DNA of 64,000 bases, taken from the NCBI RefSeq assembly GCF_006345805.1, contig NC_043006.1, positions 16,740,001 to 16,804,000 of the forward strand. The letters are read 5' to 3'. A program made the translations under genes and the position numbers. This DNA is from Octopus sinensis. Lineage: Eukaryota. Of the stretch, positions 10,470 to 23,212 are shown in pieces. Each line of letters opens with the position of its first letter. Position 1 is the stretch's first letter. The notes below the pieces were generated by a model. That model was not told where the DNA came from. It saw only the letters and a list, made by a program, of their open reading frames with translations, and made no database searches.

Positions 10470-12250
10470 CTCTCTCTCACACACACACACACACACACCA
10501 TACTCCCTCTCTCTTTCTTCTTTCTTTCTCATACTCTCTCTCTCTCTCTCTCTCTCTTTCTCACTCTCACCTCTTTCTATATAAATCTACCTATCACCAC
10601 TGCCACTACTATATAATCACGTTTCTTGTGTGTGTCTGTTTCCTCATTCTCCCCCCACCCCACCCCCCAATTCCTTCTTTACCTTCATCTTTCTTATCTT
10701 CCACATTTTTTCTATCCTTTCTTTTATTATGTTCCTCTGTCACACTAATCTACACCCACACATACCTACATACACACACACACACATATGTCTACATACG
10801 CACAGATACACAAATGCATACACATACACACATACATACATACACACACACACACCGACATAATACACACATACATACATACATACACACACACACGCAT
10901 ATATACATACACACACACATATACATACATACATGCTCACATACATACATACACACATATATACATACATTCATACACACATATATACACACATAATTAC
11001 ACACACACACACACATACATACATACATACATACACACATACATATACACATACATACATGCTCACATACATACATACATACATATATACACACATATAT
11101 ACACACATAATTACACACGCATACATACACACATATATACATACACACACATATATATACGCACATACCCATATACACACATACATACACACACACACAC
11201 ACACACCGACATAATACACACACACACGCATATATACATACACACACACATATACACATACATACATGCTCACATACATACATACACACATATATACACA
11301 CATATATACACACATAATTACACGCGCATACATACACACATATATATATACGCACATACCCATATACTCACATACATACATACATACATCAACATTCACG
11401 AGCACGAAGTCATTTCCTCCTCCAAGGACACTTTCGCTCCGCCTTCCAATTACTACTACAACCACAACTATCTCTACTACCATCGGCAACCACCACAGCA
11501 ACCACAGCCACACCAATGCCACCGCCCACCATAGCCGCTACTATCATTACTACCACCACTGTCACCAGCACATCCACCATCACCACTACCACAACTACTA
11601 CTACCACCACTACTACCACAACTACTACTACCGCCTACGACAATCACCATCAACATCACCACCACCACCACACCACCACCACCACCATCAACATCATCAC
11701 AACCACACCTTTAACGCCAATTTTATCATCATTGGCATCAAGCATCGCCGGTACATATTCCTATCAACTATTGTTTATAAATAACGTTACTATAACAACA
11801 CGTATTACCTTATATGGACAGAATTGTGAAACACCTGAGCATCTTTCACACACACACACACGCGCGCACACACGCGCACATACAAACGTTCTCTAATCTA
11901 CTTTCACTTTACAGTAATTCTTCCTTTTTCTTCTGTCTCTTTAACATTTCGTTTCTTCACTTCTTCATCTGTTATAGTAATTCCCTTTTCTTTCATTTTT
12001 CTCCATCAATGCATATTTCTCCCCCACCCCCTCCCCACCCCACCCAACTCCCCGCTTTTCCTCACCCCCTCCTCTCTCTAACTCCATTTTCCCCTCCACT
12101 TTTCAAACACTCCTTGTGACATTTAACAATCTTTTTTTTACCATATTCCTTAACGTTGCTACTGTTATTGTTTCCTCTTGTTGTTGTTGTTGTTGTTGTT
12201 GTTCTTATTGTTGTTGTTGTTGTTGTTCTTCTTCTTCTTCTTCTTCACGA
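10090..12250. repeat. Low-complexity block: (TTTC)n, (TC)n, (CA/TACA)n, (CAC/TAC/CAT)n, (TTG)n
   Basis: Direct reading; explains the long HT/YI-rich ORFs in the track. Confidence 0.9.
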
Positions 12251-12336
12251 GGAAATTCTTCGTCTCTTTACCCAACTCAGTCGTTCAATCTCACCTGATC
12301 ATCATGACATTCTCTTCTGACATTGGACTTACATAC

Positions 12337-12371
<35 letters not shown>

Positions 12372-12520
12372 CTTTTACATGCTTCAGTCATTAGACTATG
12401 GCCATGCTGAGGCACCGTCTTGAAGGGTTTCGTCGAATGAATTGACCCAAGTACTTATTTGATCGTTTCTTTTGCCGTGCCGCCTAAGTTACACACACAT
12501 ATTTGGCTCATGGTTCAGTG

Positions 12521-12597
<77 letters not shown>

Positions 12598-13542
12598 ATA
12601 TTATATATATATATATATGTTTGTGTATCTGTGTTTGTCCCCCCAACATCGCTTGACAACCGATGGTGGTGTGTTTACGTCCCCGTAGCTTAGCGGTTCG
12701 GCAAAAGATATCGATAGAATAAGTACTAGGCTTACAAAAGAATAAGTCCTGGGGGTCGATTTGCTCGACTAAAGGCGGTGCTCCAGCATGGCCGCAGTCA
12801 AATGACTGAAACAAGTAAAAGAGTATTACTGAAGCGTTAGTTTTTTGGGGGGTTTTTCCTTCTTTTTGTTGTTTTGATGATTGTACAACCTACCGATTAA
12901 TGCAGTGGCTCTCAACCATTTTATGCCTGTGGAACCCTTTGATTCCTGTTTTGCTCTACTGGAGCCCCATAACCATTCCAGGTTTTAAAAGTTTTGTTGC
13001 ATTTTTTATAATTAATTTAATTATTAGGAATTGCATAAAAGAGTTATTAAAATATTTTACTCTTTTACTTGTTTCAGTCATTTGAGTGCGGCCATGCTGG
13101 AGCACCGCCTTTAGTCGAGCAAATCGACCCCAGGACATATTCTTTGTAAGCCCAGTACTTATTCTATCGGTATTTTTGCCAAACCGCTACGTTACGGGGA
13201 CGTAAACAGACCAGCATCGATTGTCAAGCGATATTGGGGGGGGGGTGACAAACACAGACACACAAACATGCACACACACATATATACATATATACGACGG
13301 GCTTCTTTCAGTTTCTGTCTACCAAATCCACTCACAAAGCGTTGGTCAGCCCGAGGCTACAGTAGAAGACACTTGCCCAAGGTTCCACGCAGTGGGACTG
13401 AACCCAGAACCATGTGGTTGGTAAGCAAGCTAGTTACCACACAGCCACTCCTGCACCTATTTGTGTATCGCACAAGCATAACCAATTTATTGCCCATAAA
13501 TTTTAACGGCAAAATCATATATGGACCCCATTTGAGAACTAC

Positions 13543-13747
13543 TGATTTAACATAGCCATTTTCGTGCCGGTGACAGTGGAAATCTCCGGTGTTCTCGGTC
13601 CCTGCACTATATGCCTCCTCACCGCTATCAGGGCAGAGATGGTCATCTGCAAGTGCGAGCCCCGCATCTCCCTTGCCATCCTCCGGAGCAACGCCTTTTC
13701 CATCTTGACTGCTGGGACCATGGCTCTCTTCAATACACAAGCCATCT
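13543..13747 (-). CDS. Candidate coding exon of an unidentified gene
   Basis: GC-rich island after a good acceptor (ttttctgtttacag|AT). One frame reads GLCIEESHGPSSQDGKGVAPEDGKGDAGLALADDHLCPDSGEEAYSAGTENTGDFHCHRHENGYVK. The 3' boundary is uncertain. Confidence 0.4.
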
Positions 13748-14809
13748 GTAAACAGAAAAGACGTTACAGCGTTAAAGAGACACGCGTTTTAATGGCAATA
13801 AGGTAACCACAACTTGTTGGTTTTACTAGCATCGAAATCGTTATTTGACTATAAGCATTATTTTATTTTCACAAGGAAAACTTTTGACTTCGTAGCCGTT
13901 AGTTACCAGGTTGTAAATTAGGTTTTCCAAACCGTAAAATGTTTTTGGAAGGTTCATCTTGTGAGGGGAGCAATGGGATTGTAAACGAGATGAAGTGAAA
14001 TAGTGTATGCATGATAAATAAATAATAAATGCGCCCTTTTAGAGCCCACCAGGCTCATGGGCCCGGTTTCCCGGTTTCTATGGCGTATGTGTTCCACAGC
14101 TGGACGGGACGCCAGTCCATCACTTATTCTATCGGTCTCTTTTGACGAACCGCTAAGTCACGGGGACGTAAACACACCAGCATCGGTTGTCAAGCAATGC
14201 TAGGGGGACAAACACAGACACACAAACACATACATACACATACACACATATATATATATACATATATACGACAGGCTTCTTTCAGTTTCTGTGTACCAAA
14301 TCCACTCACAAGGCTTTGGTTGGCCCGAGGCTATAGTAGAAGACACTTGCCCAAGATGCCACGCAGTGGGACTGAACCCGGAACCATGTGGTTGGTAAGC
14401 AAGCTACTTACCACACAGCCACTCCTGCGCAAGTTTAAACAATCACGAAGTTAAGACACGTGGATAAGATTAACTTTCACATAGAAATACATAATTGGCG
14501 CGAGACGATTAATACTTTTTTTTTTTTGCTCTAATATCAAGAGGCGATTAACAGGTAAATCCTGTTGCAATTTCGTGTTTTTTTATCGTTACAACATAAA
14601 CAAACTGTATCTGGGCGGGATTTCATAAACCCAACCTTTCCCGAGTTGTCACGTTTTGGCACACATGTATAAACATATGGTTAGATACCGGTTGAGGAAT
14701 TCATTACCGTTTCATAGTAATAACATCGCTTCAGAGTTTCAATGAAATTACGTTTTTATGTTTTGGTATAAACTGTTGCATGAAGGCCGCGGGTGGTATG
14801 CATGGGTAC

Positions 14810-14891
<82 letters not shown>

Positions 14892-16507
14892 TTGTGTGTG
14901 TGTGTGTGTGGTGTGTGTGTGTGTGTGTGTGATAGGGAAAAAGTGTGTGTGGAGGTGTTTTAAACGAACAGAAATGATTACGACGATGTTCATTATCAAA
15001 TACTTTCGCTTGTAAATTCTGTAACAAATGCAACCTTTACAAAAGAAAATCCAATTTGATCCAACGTCAGAGCATTTGTCTTGCTCGGTCGACCTACAAA
15101 AAAATTAGCATCTAAATCATAACTCACAACCTACAGTATTAAAAGAAAAAAGAAAGGGAAGAACATATAGCCAAAGAGACACAAATTCTGAAGTGTACCT
15201 CCACTCCTCACACCCACCCTGGTGTTGTTTCCCATAGCTTTCATTAAAAATTCATGTATTTCATGCTGAGGTTTACTTTGCCTGTCATTCTTTCGGAGTC
15301 AATAAAATAAATACCAGTTGATCACTAGGGCTAATGTAATGGATCTACCAAATCTATCGATTTGAAATCAATCAAAATTGATTTCTTATAAAGGTATATG
15401 ATTCTATTGGAGGGAAACGGAGCTTGTAAGCATTTACATTGCCTTCTTTTCAAGGGGTGAAAATAGATCTCGTATGTTTCCTTCTGTCCATTCTTGAAGG
15501 TATATTAGTGAACAGTTACTGAGAGAGATAAACAGATGTTGCCATCATCATCATCATCCTCATCTTCGTTGTTGTCATTTTAACGTCTAGTTTTCCATGC
15601 TGGTATGGGTCAGACAAATGTATTTTGTGGTAGAATTTTCAACGACTGCATGACCTTCCTGTTGCAAGCCCTCACCTGTTTCTAAGCAAAATATTGACTT
15701 CCTATGATAGGACATGTTTACACAAGGAAGGATAGTTTTAAGATGTTAACTGAGTGATTTGAAACGGTGTTAGTCAATAGCATCTATTGCTGTACTGGAC
15801 TGCACTTTATTTGATCCACCTTGGAGGGATGAAAGGCAAAGGTTAACAGGCGTGATTTGAACTCAGAATGTAAGGATCTTGAAGAAATACCACGATGTGC
15901 TTCTCATATGTTCTAACAATCATGCTAGTCCATTGCTCTTGGAAATTTTTATTTAGAAATATTTATTTAGTGGTTGGGTGGTAAGAAGCTTGCTTTCTAA
16001 CCGCATGGTTGTGGGTTCAGTCCCACGGCATGAAACCTTGGGTAAGTGTCTTCTACTCGAGCATTTTAATGAAATGTTCCAGAGAAACACTTCAAAAAGC
16101 GTAGGTTACGAATTTGTCCAACAAAGTAGTAAAAAGAGAAAAAAAACTTTTTTTTTAGAGGCTCCAATTTAACATGCAGTTTAAGGGTTTAAAGAAACGA
16201 AAGTAAATTGAGCGGGGTGACGAAAATTGCGGTCGATAATTTCATGTAAACAATTTATGTAACATTACCAAATGAATAGAACGTGAAGTGACAAGAACAA
16301 CGCCATAGCTTTCCCGTTTGTCCTTTCTGTACGGCTCAGGGTTATTGCATTGCTCACATGTAACTGGGTTTGCTATTGTTCATTGACAAACAGGCCATCG
16401 AATCGCCTTCTCAGTGGTAATTTCGGATCTTTTCGGTTTGAACGGCAGTTTTTTAAAATAACTTCCACGTAACAAAACACTTTTAAACTTCGTATACTGG
16501 TAGAATG

Positions 16508-16927
16508 GGATCTTTTCGGTTTGAACGGCAGTTCTTTTCTAGCGGTGTCATATGAAATTGTCACCCATAATTATGACCCTAGTATCGATCTATAGCATTT
16601 CAATCTGTTTTAGGGTTAGGGTTAGGGGTGGGGGGACGGGTATCTTTTTTTTTCTTCACAAATGTAAATAAACCCAATCTGTTTCTTAAACGAGGGACAT
16701 ATTCATACGGCACACAATGTTTTCACCTCAATAGACGTCGTTGATCGGTTGAAATTGCAGAAATTAAAGAAAAAAAACAACAAATATCTTACAAACTATA
16801 GAATTTTCTCAATAAAACCAAGAGAAAAAGATGTTTTATAAACACATTCTACCAGTATACGAAGTTTAAAAGTGTTTAGTTACGTGGAAATTATTTTTAA
16901 AAACTGCCGTTCAAACCGAAAAGATCC
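16508..16927. mobile_element. 420-bp MITE with 26-bp TIR and internal TTAGGG repeats, preceded by an inverted 83-bp copy of its own right end (16425-16507)
   Basis: GGATCTTTTCGGTTTGAACGGCAGTT at 16425 and 16508; its reverse complement ends at 16927. Confidence 0.8.
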
Positions 16928-17099
16928 TATCATTTGAATGTAGTTCATAAGTAGGTGCCTGTAGACGCAGCATTATTGTGGGAGTTCTGGTAATTAAATT
17001 AAAGGATTTTTACCAGTTCTTTTGGCATTCGCGTTTCGAAATTATGGGGTGACACTGCCGTCGTTTCCGGTCAATTTACTTTCATTTTTAAACCCTTCA

Positions 17100-17950
17100 A
17101 CTGTTATTAACCAATCTTTGGGTAATTTCTCCTACCACACATTCTTAAAATGAATATTTTAAAATGAAATTTCCCAGAAATATGTTTTAGATGGTGCAAA
17201 TTACGATTATAGGGATAAAATTTGAAAGCAGATGGTTTCTTTTTTCCATTTTTTTTTTTTAGGAACTTTGGATAATCTTCCTGTCACATTTTCTTTCTGG
17301 AAACTTTCATAAAAATACTTATTTATTTATAAATTTGTCAGAGATACATTTTTTAAAAAGTACATTATGATTTTGACAGGAAAAAGTTGTACAAATTTTG
17401 GAGTGGGGAGAACGTTTCAAATAATCTCTCTCTCTCTCTCTCTCTCATACACACACACACACACACTCACGCACACACACACACATACACATTCCTTATG
17501 ACTAATAAAAATGTATATTTGTAATGAAATTTTCCGGAGATATATTTTAGACAATGCAGATTACGATTTTGTACGAAAAAGTCGTAATTTTTGTTTTTAT
17601 TTATTTTAGCAGGAACCTCAGATAATCCCTCACTACCAAATTTGTTTCCCTATAACATTCATTTTAAACGAAGATATTTCAATGAAAATTTCCAGAGATA
17701 CCTTTTAAATAATGCAGATTATAGGTATGTTGATAAAATATGATTTAAAAAAATTTTTTAGTGGCTTCAGATAATTCCACATACACACACACTTTCTTTT
17801 TCATAACTTTCATAAATCTGCTTAATTTTAAATGAAATTTCCAAGAAACACATTTTTGACTATGTAGATTACGATTTTTGTCGGAATGAGTAGTATCATT
17901 TTCCTTTTTCTTTTTTTCTGATAATTCCACCAAAATCTTCTTTTGTCTGT
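17100..17950 (+). repeat. Degenerate minisatellite, about 5 units of 150-190 bp
   Basis: Recurring AAATGAAATTTCC..GA.A.A..TTT....ATGCAGATTACGATT at about 17161, 17330, 17521, 17680, 17831, each followed by GATAAT(C/T)C. Confidence 0.6.
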
Positions 17951-19691
17951 TATCTTTTACTTGTTTCAGCCACTGGCCTGCAGTCATGTTGGCACACCAC
18001 GTTGAAGGGTTTTAGTCGAACAAATCGACCCCAGTATTTATTCTTTAAAGCCTGGTACTTATTCTACCAGTCTCTTTTGCTGAACTGCTAAGTTACAGAG
18101 GCATAAACAAACTAACACCAGTTGTCAAGCAGTAGCAAGGAAGATAAACACATAGGACAAAGACACACATAGATACACACACACACAACACACACACACA
18201 ATGGGCTTCTTTCAGTTTCCACCTACGAAATCCACTCACAAGGCTTTAGTCAGCCCGAAGCTCGAGTAGAAGACTCTTACCCAAGGTGTCATGCTGTGGG
18301 ACTGAACCCAGAACCATGCGGTTAGAAAGCAAGCTTCTTACCACCCAGCCATGCCTGTGCCACTAAATGGATATTTCTAAACAAAAATTTCCAAGAGCAA
18401 TGGGCTAGCACGATTGTTAGAACATATGAAAAGCATGCCGTGGTATTTCTTCAAGCTCTTTACATTCTGAGTTCAAATCACGCCTGTTAACTTTGCCTTT
18501 CATCCTTCCAAGGTGGATCAAATAAAGTACAGTCTAATACAGCAATAGATGCTATTGACTAACACCGTTTCGAATCAATCAGTTAACATCTTAAAACTAT
18601 TCTTCCTTGTGTAAACATGTCCTATCATAGGAAGTCAATACTTTGCTTAGAAACAGGTGAGGGCTTGCGACAGGAAGGTCATCCAGTCGTTGAAAATTCT
18701 ACCACAAAATACATTTGTCTAACCCATACCAGCATGGAAAACTAGACGTTAAAATGGCAACAACAAAGATGATGATGGTGATGACTACCACTGTTTATCT
18801 CTCTCAGTAACTGTTCACCAATATACCTTCAAGAATGGACAGAAGGAAACATACGAGATTTATTTTCACCCCTTGAAAAAAAGGCAATGCAAATGCTCAC
18901 AAGCGCCGTTTCCTCCAATAGAATCATATACCTTTATAAGAAATCAATTTTAATTGATTTCAAATTGATAGATTTCAGATTTCAGTGCAAGGCCAGCAAA
19001 CTCAGAGGAGGGGGGTAGATCCATCACATTAGCCCTAGTGATCAACTGGTATTTATTTTATTGACCCCGAAAGAATGACAGGCAAAGTAGACCTCAGCAG
19101 AATTTGAACTCTGAACGCAAGAATGCTAAGCATTTTTCTTGGCATCCTAACAATTCTGCCAACTTACAATGTTGAATTTTCAATTATTAACAGTAACTTT
19201 ATTTTATTTTATTTCATATCATTTGCCATAAAGGCAGTACACAGAGATGGGTAGCTTTGTGGGCTGGACAAGACATTAATGAGGCGAATGATAATAATAT
19301 TTTCTACTCTAGGCACAAGGCCCAAAATTTTGGGGGAAGGGGCTAGTCAATTAGATCGACTCCAGTACGCAACTGGTACTTAATTTATTGACCCCAAAAG
19401 GATGAAAGGCAAAATCAAGCACCCACCGACCCTCTGCTTCTCTAAAACATTATTTGTTAAAAACAACATACATAGAGGTATTAAACCTCTTACAAATATA
19501 TACAAAAACTGGACTAGAAGTCCACCACAAAGGAAACAAAATTTATACACATACATATGGAGGCAATAAACCTCTTACATTACTCCCCAATTATGTAACA
19601 TTAACAGTAACTATTGCAAAGCAACACATGTTGTAGTTTTTACAGCCACTATGCTTGAAAATCAAAGGAATTAAAATACTGGAAAAATTTA

Positions 19692-21020
19692 TTGGGGTGT
19701 CAGATAAATTTGTTCATTTCTATCCAATGTTATTTGAATTAACAAAAATACTTTTATCATTGTAGTGTGGAAGGTGTTTATAAGCCATTTAAGAAACACG
19801 CAAAAACCGTTAGATTCACTTCAACATTTAAATTTAATTTGTCACGCTGCAATTGTTTTCGTTCCAGCACATGATCACAGATCAGGTCACTTGCTATGCA
19901 AGTACATCTCCGAATTTTATCATTGTGTTCTACGTTTTTTTGTTGTTGTTTTTTTTTTTGTAGCTCTATTCATCCTCTGCAACTTTCGTCTATCATTTTT
20001 TTAAATTTGAATAAATTTTACCTCTTTTCAGATATACAAGAAAATAACTGAGCATTTTCAACACCACCTTCAATCAAGGTTCCAAAGATGTTAAACCAAC
20101 TCAAAACATTTGTGTTGTGTACAGAGAAGGCACTATTACTGAAAGAACTACACAGAAATGGTTTTCTTCAAAGAAGGGAAATTCAACCTAACAGACTCTC
20201 CACGTTCTGGCTGACCAATTCATTTCAATGAACATTGATTGAATGAACTCATCCACCAAGATCAACACAAATCCACAAGGGTATTGGCCAGCAGATTAGA
20301 TACTTGCAAGATACCGTCAGCTGTCTCTTTGACAGGTTCAAATTGTCAACTGTTACCTTAACAGGTCCAAACTGTCAACTGTCACCTTGATAAGGTCCAA
20401 ACAACCTGGCCAGTGACACAACATGCCTCTTTGTGCTCACTCCTATGTCACAATTTGACCAAAAATACTATTCAAGAACTTCAGTGGAAAGTTCTATCAC
20501 ACCACCCACCATATTGCCTTTTTCAGACATTCTCTAATAATGTGGGAAGTATTTCGTTCAACTACGATGTGGAGCTGAAAATGTAGTTCAAGACTTGGAA
20601 ATTTCTACTGTGAAAGCTATGCGACATTGGCTAGAATTTGTGAACAGTGAAGGAGAATATATCAATGACTTATTTGTTAAAACTGTTCATGAAAAAAATA
20701 ATTAAAATGATTAACCCTTTCGTTACCAACCCGGCTGAAACTGGCTCTGGCTCTGAGTACAAATGTCTTGTTTTCACAAGTTTTGAATTAAAATCTTCCA
20801 CCAAACCTTAGTCACAATATATGCTCCTAACACTAGCTTAATGATAACTAAGTTATTTTACTAAATTCTTTGTTATATTTAAAGTAATTGAAAGAAACAC
20901 AGAGCATCTCAAAATAAATACATCTCAAAATAAATACAGTAATGAAAGGGTTAAATGATTAAAATGATTAAATGATTAAAATAAATGGTGAGGAAAACAC
21001 AAATTTAACTGACAACCCAA
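19692..21020 (+). mobile_element. Decayed mariner element with internal deletions
   Basis: TIRs TTGGGGTGTCAGATAAATTTG / CAAATTTAACTGACAACCCAA. Broken transposase pieces ITERTTQKWF, NLTDSPRSG*P, QWKVLSHPP. Confidence 0.8.
20711..20954. mobile_element. piggyBac-type MITE family P1 (inverted copy at 44937-45164)
   Basis: TTAA|CCC...GGG|TTAA ends; nested in the mariner. Confidence 0.8.
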
Positions 21021-21555
21021 AAGATAAGAAATCTATTTTCAAAATTAATTGTAGGCTTGCAAAGCAACAAGTAAGCTTCTCAAAAAAATTAATATTGGTT
21101 TCAAATTTTGGCACAAGGCCAGCATGTTCAGGGGCGGTTTTAAGTCAATTACATCGACCCCTCTCCAATACTCAGCTGGTACTTATTTTATCGACCCCTA
21201 AGGCAAAATCAACCCCAGTGGAATCTGAACTCACAACCTAATGATATGATAGTTGAAATGTGTTGAGCATTTCACTCAGCAGATGATTCCATCAGCTTGC
21301 TGCCTTTCTCACAAAAATTAATATTAAACCAAGTTCCAGTTCCTGGTTACAGTTATTTGACTCTATTCTCATACATGCTGATTGTCTTTGAGAAGACCAT
21401 GAAGGGCATAACATCTTATATTCCATTCCTTACAAATATATTCTTTACTTGCCTTGAAAAATCAATATCTAAAAATAAATAAATAATTTCATAAATAACC
21501 AATATATATTTCTGATTGATTCTAATAAAATCAACACAGCACAATTGGTGTGTGT

Positions 21556-21587
<32 letters not shown>

Positions 21588-22288
21588 CTGAAGTTATTTT
21601 TAAATCATTTTTTCATAATGATTAATATTAACTAAAAACATGTTTTGAAATTTCATTTATTTTTCCTTGTATTTTTTTTATACTTTTTTTCTTTTCTAGT
21701 AAATAAGAAAGTAATCATTTTCCTAAAATACACACGACAAAAAACGTGATAAATAAATTGATATGAAGATAATGCATTATTAATCCTTGACTGATCAGCA
21801 CGTCTTAGGATGGATTTGGAGGATAATCAGCTATTCTGTTACAAGTGGCCATTACTGCTTAGTCTGGATAATCAGTGCAGCTAAAGTTAAATATTTCACT
21901 CACGTTATTTTACTTGTGATGTCTTTCTTCACACATGTCCCTTACATCTGAGAAATATGCCTTGCAGTTTGTAACTTTCTGTAATTCTAAACATGCCATT
22001 TTCCAGTGCCATCTTTAGCCCTTTTCATCCCAATCCACTTGAGACCATTGGTGGTTCTATGATAGGAATTTCTTGTTTTAAAGAAATCTTTTATCTTTTG
22101 CTTGTTTCAGTCATTAGACTGCGGCCATGCTGGGGCACCACAGCCATGAAGGATTTTAGGTGAATGAATCAACTCCAGTACTTGTTTTTTTAAAGCCTGG
22201 TACTTAACCTATCAGTCTCTTTTGCCAAACTGCAAAGTTATGGGAACATAAACAAACCAACACCCACCAGTGATAAAGCCATTGTGGG

Positions 22289-22319
<31 letters not shown>

Positions 22320-22656
22320 CATATACACAAGTAACAGGCTCCTTTCAGTTTTCAGATACCAAATCCACTTACAAGGCTTTGGTGGGCACAATAGAAGATA
22401 CTTGCCCAAGATGCCACACAGTGAGACTGAACCCAGAACCATATGATCTGAATTAAAACTTTCATCAAAATTTCACGTGACCCAAACACCAACTTAATAA
22501 TGATGGAGTTGTTTTAGTAAATTCTTCATTATTTCAAAAATTAATTACTAACAAAGTAAGTATATTAGAAATATTAAATTTCATTTCTAATTTTGGTGAT
22601 CAGTGAATAAACTTCACTGAAAATATATATGTTTACAAAGTCTAGACAGGTATCTT

Positions 22657-22733
22657 CAGCTAGCAGGCCTTGCTACTCTAGACTGATGATGAGCAAATAC
22701 TCAGAAACTAGTCTCTGGATGCAGGCCTAGCTG
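22657..22733 (+). ncRNA. Type I hammerhead ribozyme motif (minimal stem III), probably from a Penelope-like LTR or retrozyme
   Basis: Stem I TCTAGA/TCTGGA, core CTGATGA (22683-89), stem II TGAG-CAAATA-CTCA, GAAA, stem III AC-TA-GT, cleavage triplet GTC (22711-13). Stem I extends as CAGCTAG..GGCC.TGC / GCA.GGCC.TAGCTG. Confidence 0.75.
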
Positions 22734-22987
22734 TTGGGGGTGCTTGTCTCCCCTTCGTAAATATAAGGACACAGGAAATGGGTCAAAGCCGACAGGAAGC
22801 GTTGATGCTTCCTAGGGCTAAATAGCGGTGGAGTGATTCCCTTTACGGGACTGTCACGTTAAGTTGACAGTATACAACCGCTCTAAAGTTGGTATATTTT
22901 AACAGAAACAGAGTAACAAAACGATTAGCTCTTTTGATGTTGACCTGTCTGAGATTGTCCAAAATTCTATGAAACAAACTTCCTGCT

Positions 22988-23212
22988 TTAACCCTTTAGC
23001 ATTTAATCTGGCCATATCTGACCCAAATATTCTACCTGTTTTATGTTCAAATGGACCAGATCCTGCCTCTCATACCTACCTTACAATGTCATTTTGAAAA
23101 TTTACACTCATACAATCAAAATCTCAACCCTACAAGATAAAGGATGAGTTGAAACCAATATGAATGAATAAATATTATATTTGACAGAGTAAAGTGAATG
23201 CTAAAGGGTTAA
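22988..23212. mobile_element. piggyBac-type MITE family P2 (second copy at 27987-28213)
   Basis: TTAA|CCCTTTAG...CTAAAGGG|TTAA ends. Confidence 0.8.

Larger units (their letters stand above)
15264..19100. repeat. Inverted segmental duplication: arms about 15264-16061 and 18254-19100, spacer about 2.2 kb
   Basis: Arms are reverse complements across several different repeat fragments and intervening sequence; roughly 90% identical by eye. Confidence 0.9.

Noticed and set aside
3897-12700. Long HT-, CV-, YI- and poly-T/H-rich ORFs (also 41525-42629 and 49391-50216)
   Set aside because: Microsatellite translations.
16269-16306. Minus-strand first exon MALFLSLHVLFI with GTAATG donor, joined to the 13747 exon
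   Set aside because: A phase-2 join gives TG+A = stop; no supporting intermediate exon found.
21900-22060. Minus-strand exon ending at strong donor AATAAC|GTGAGT
   Set aside because: All three frames hit stops before the donor. It could be non-coding but I cannot support it.
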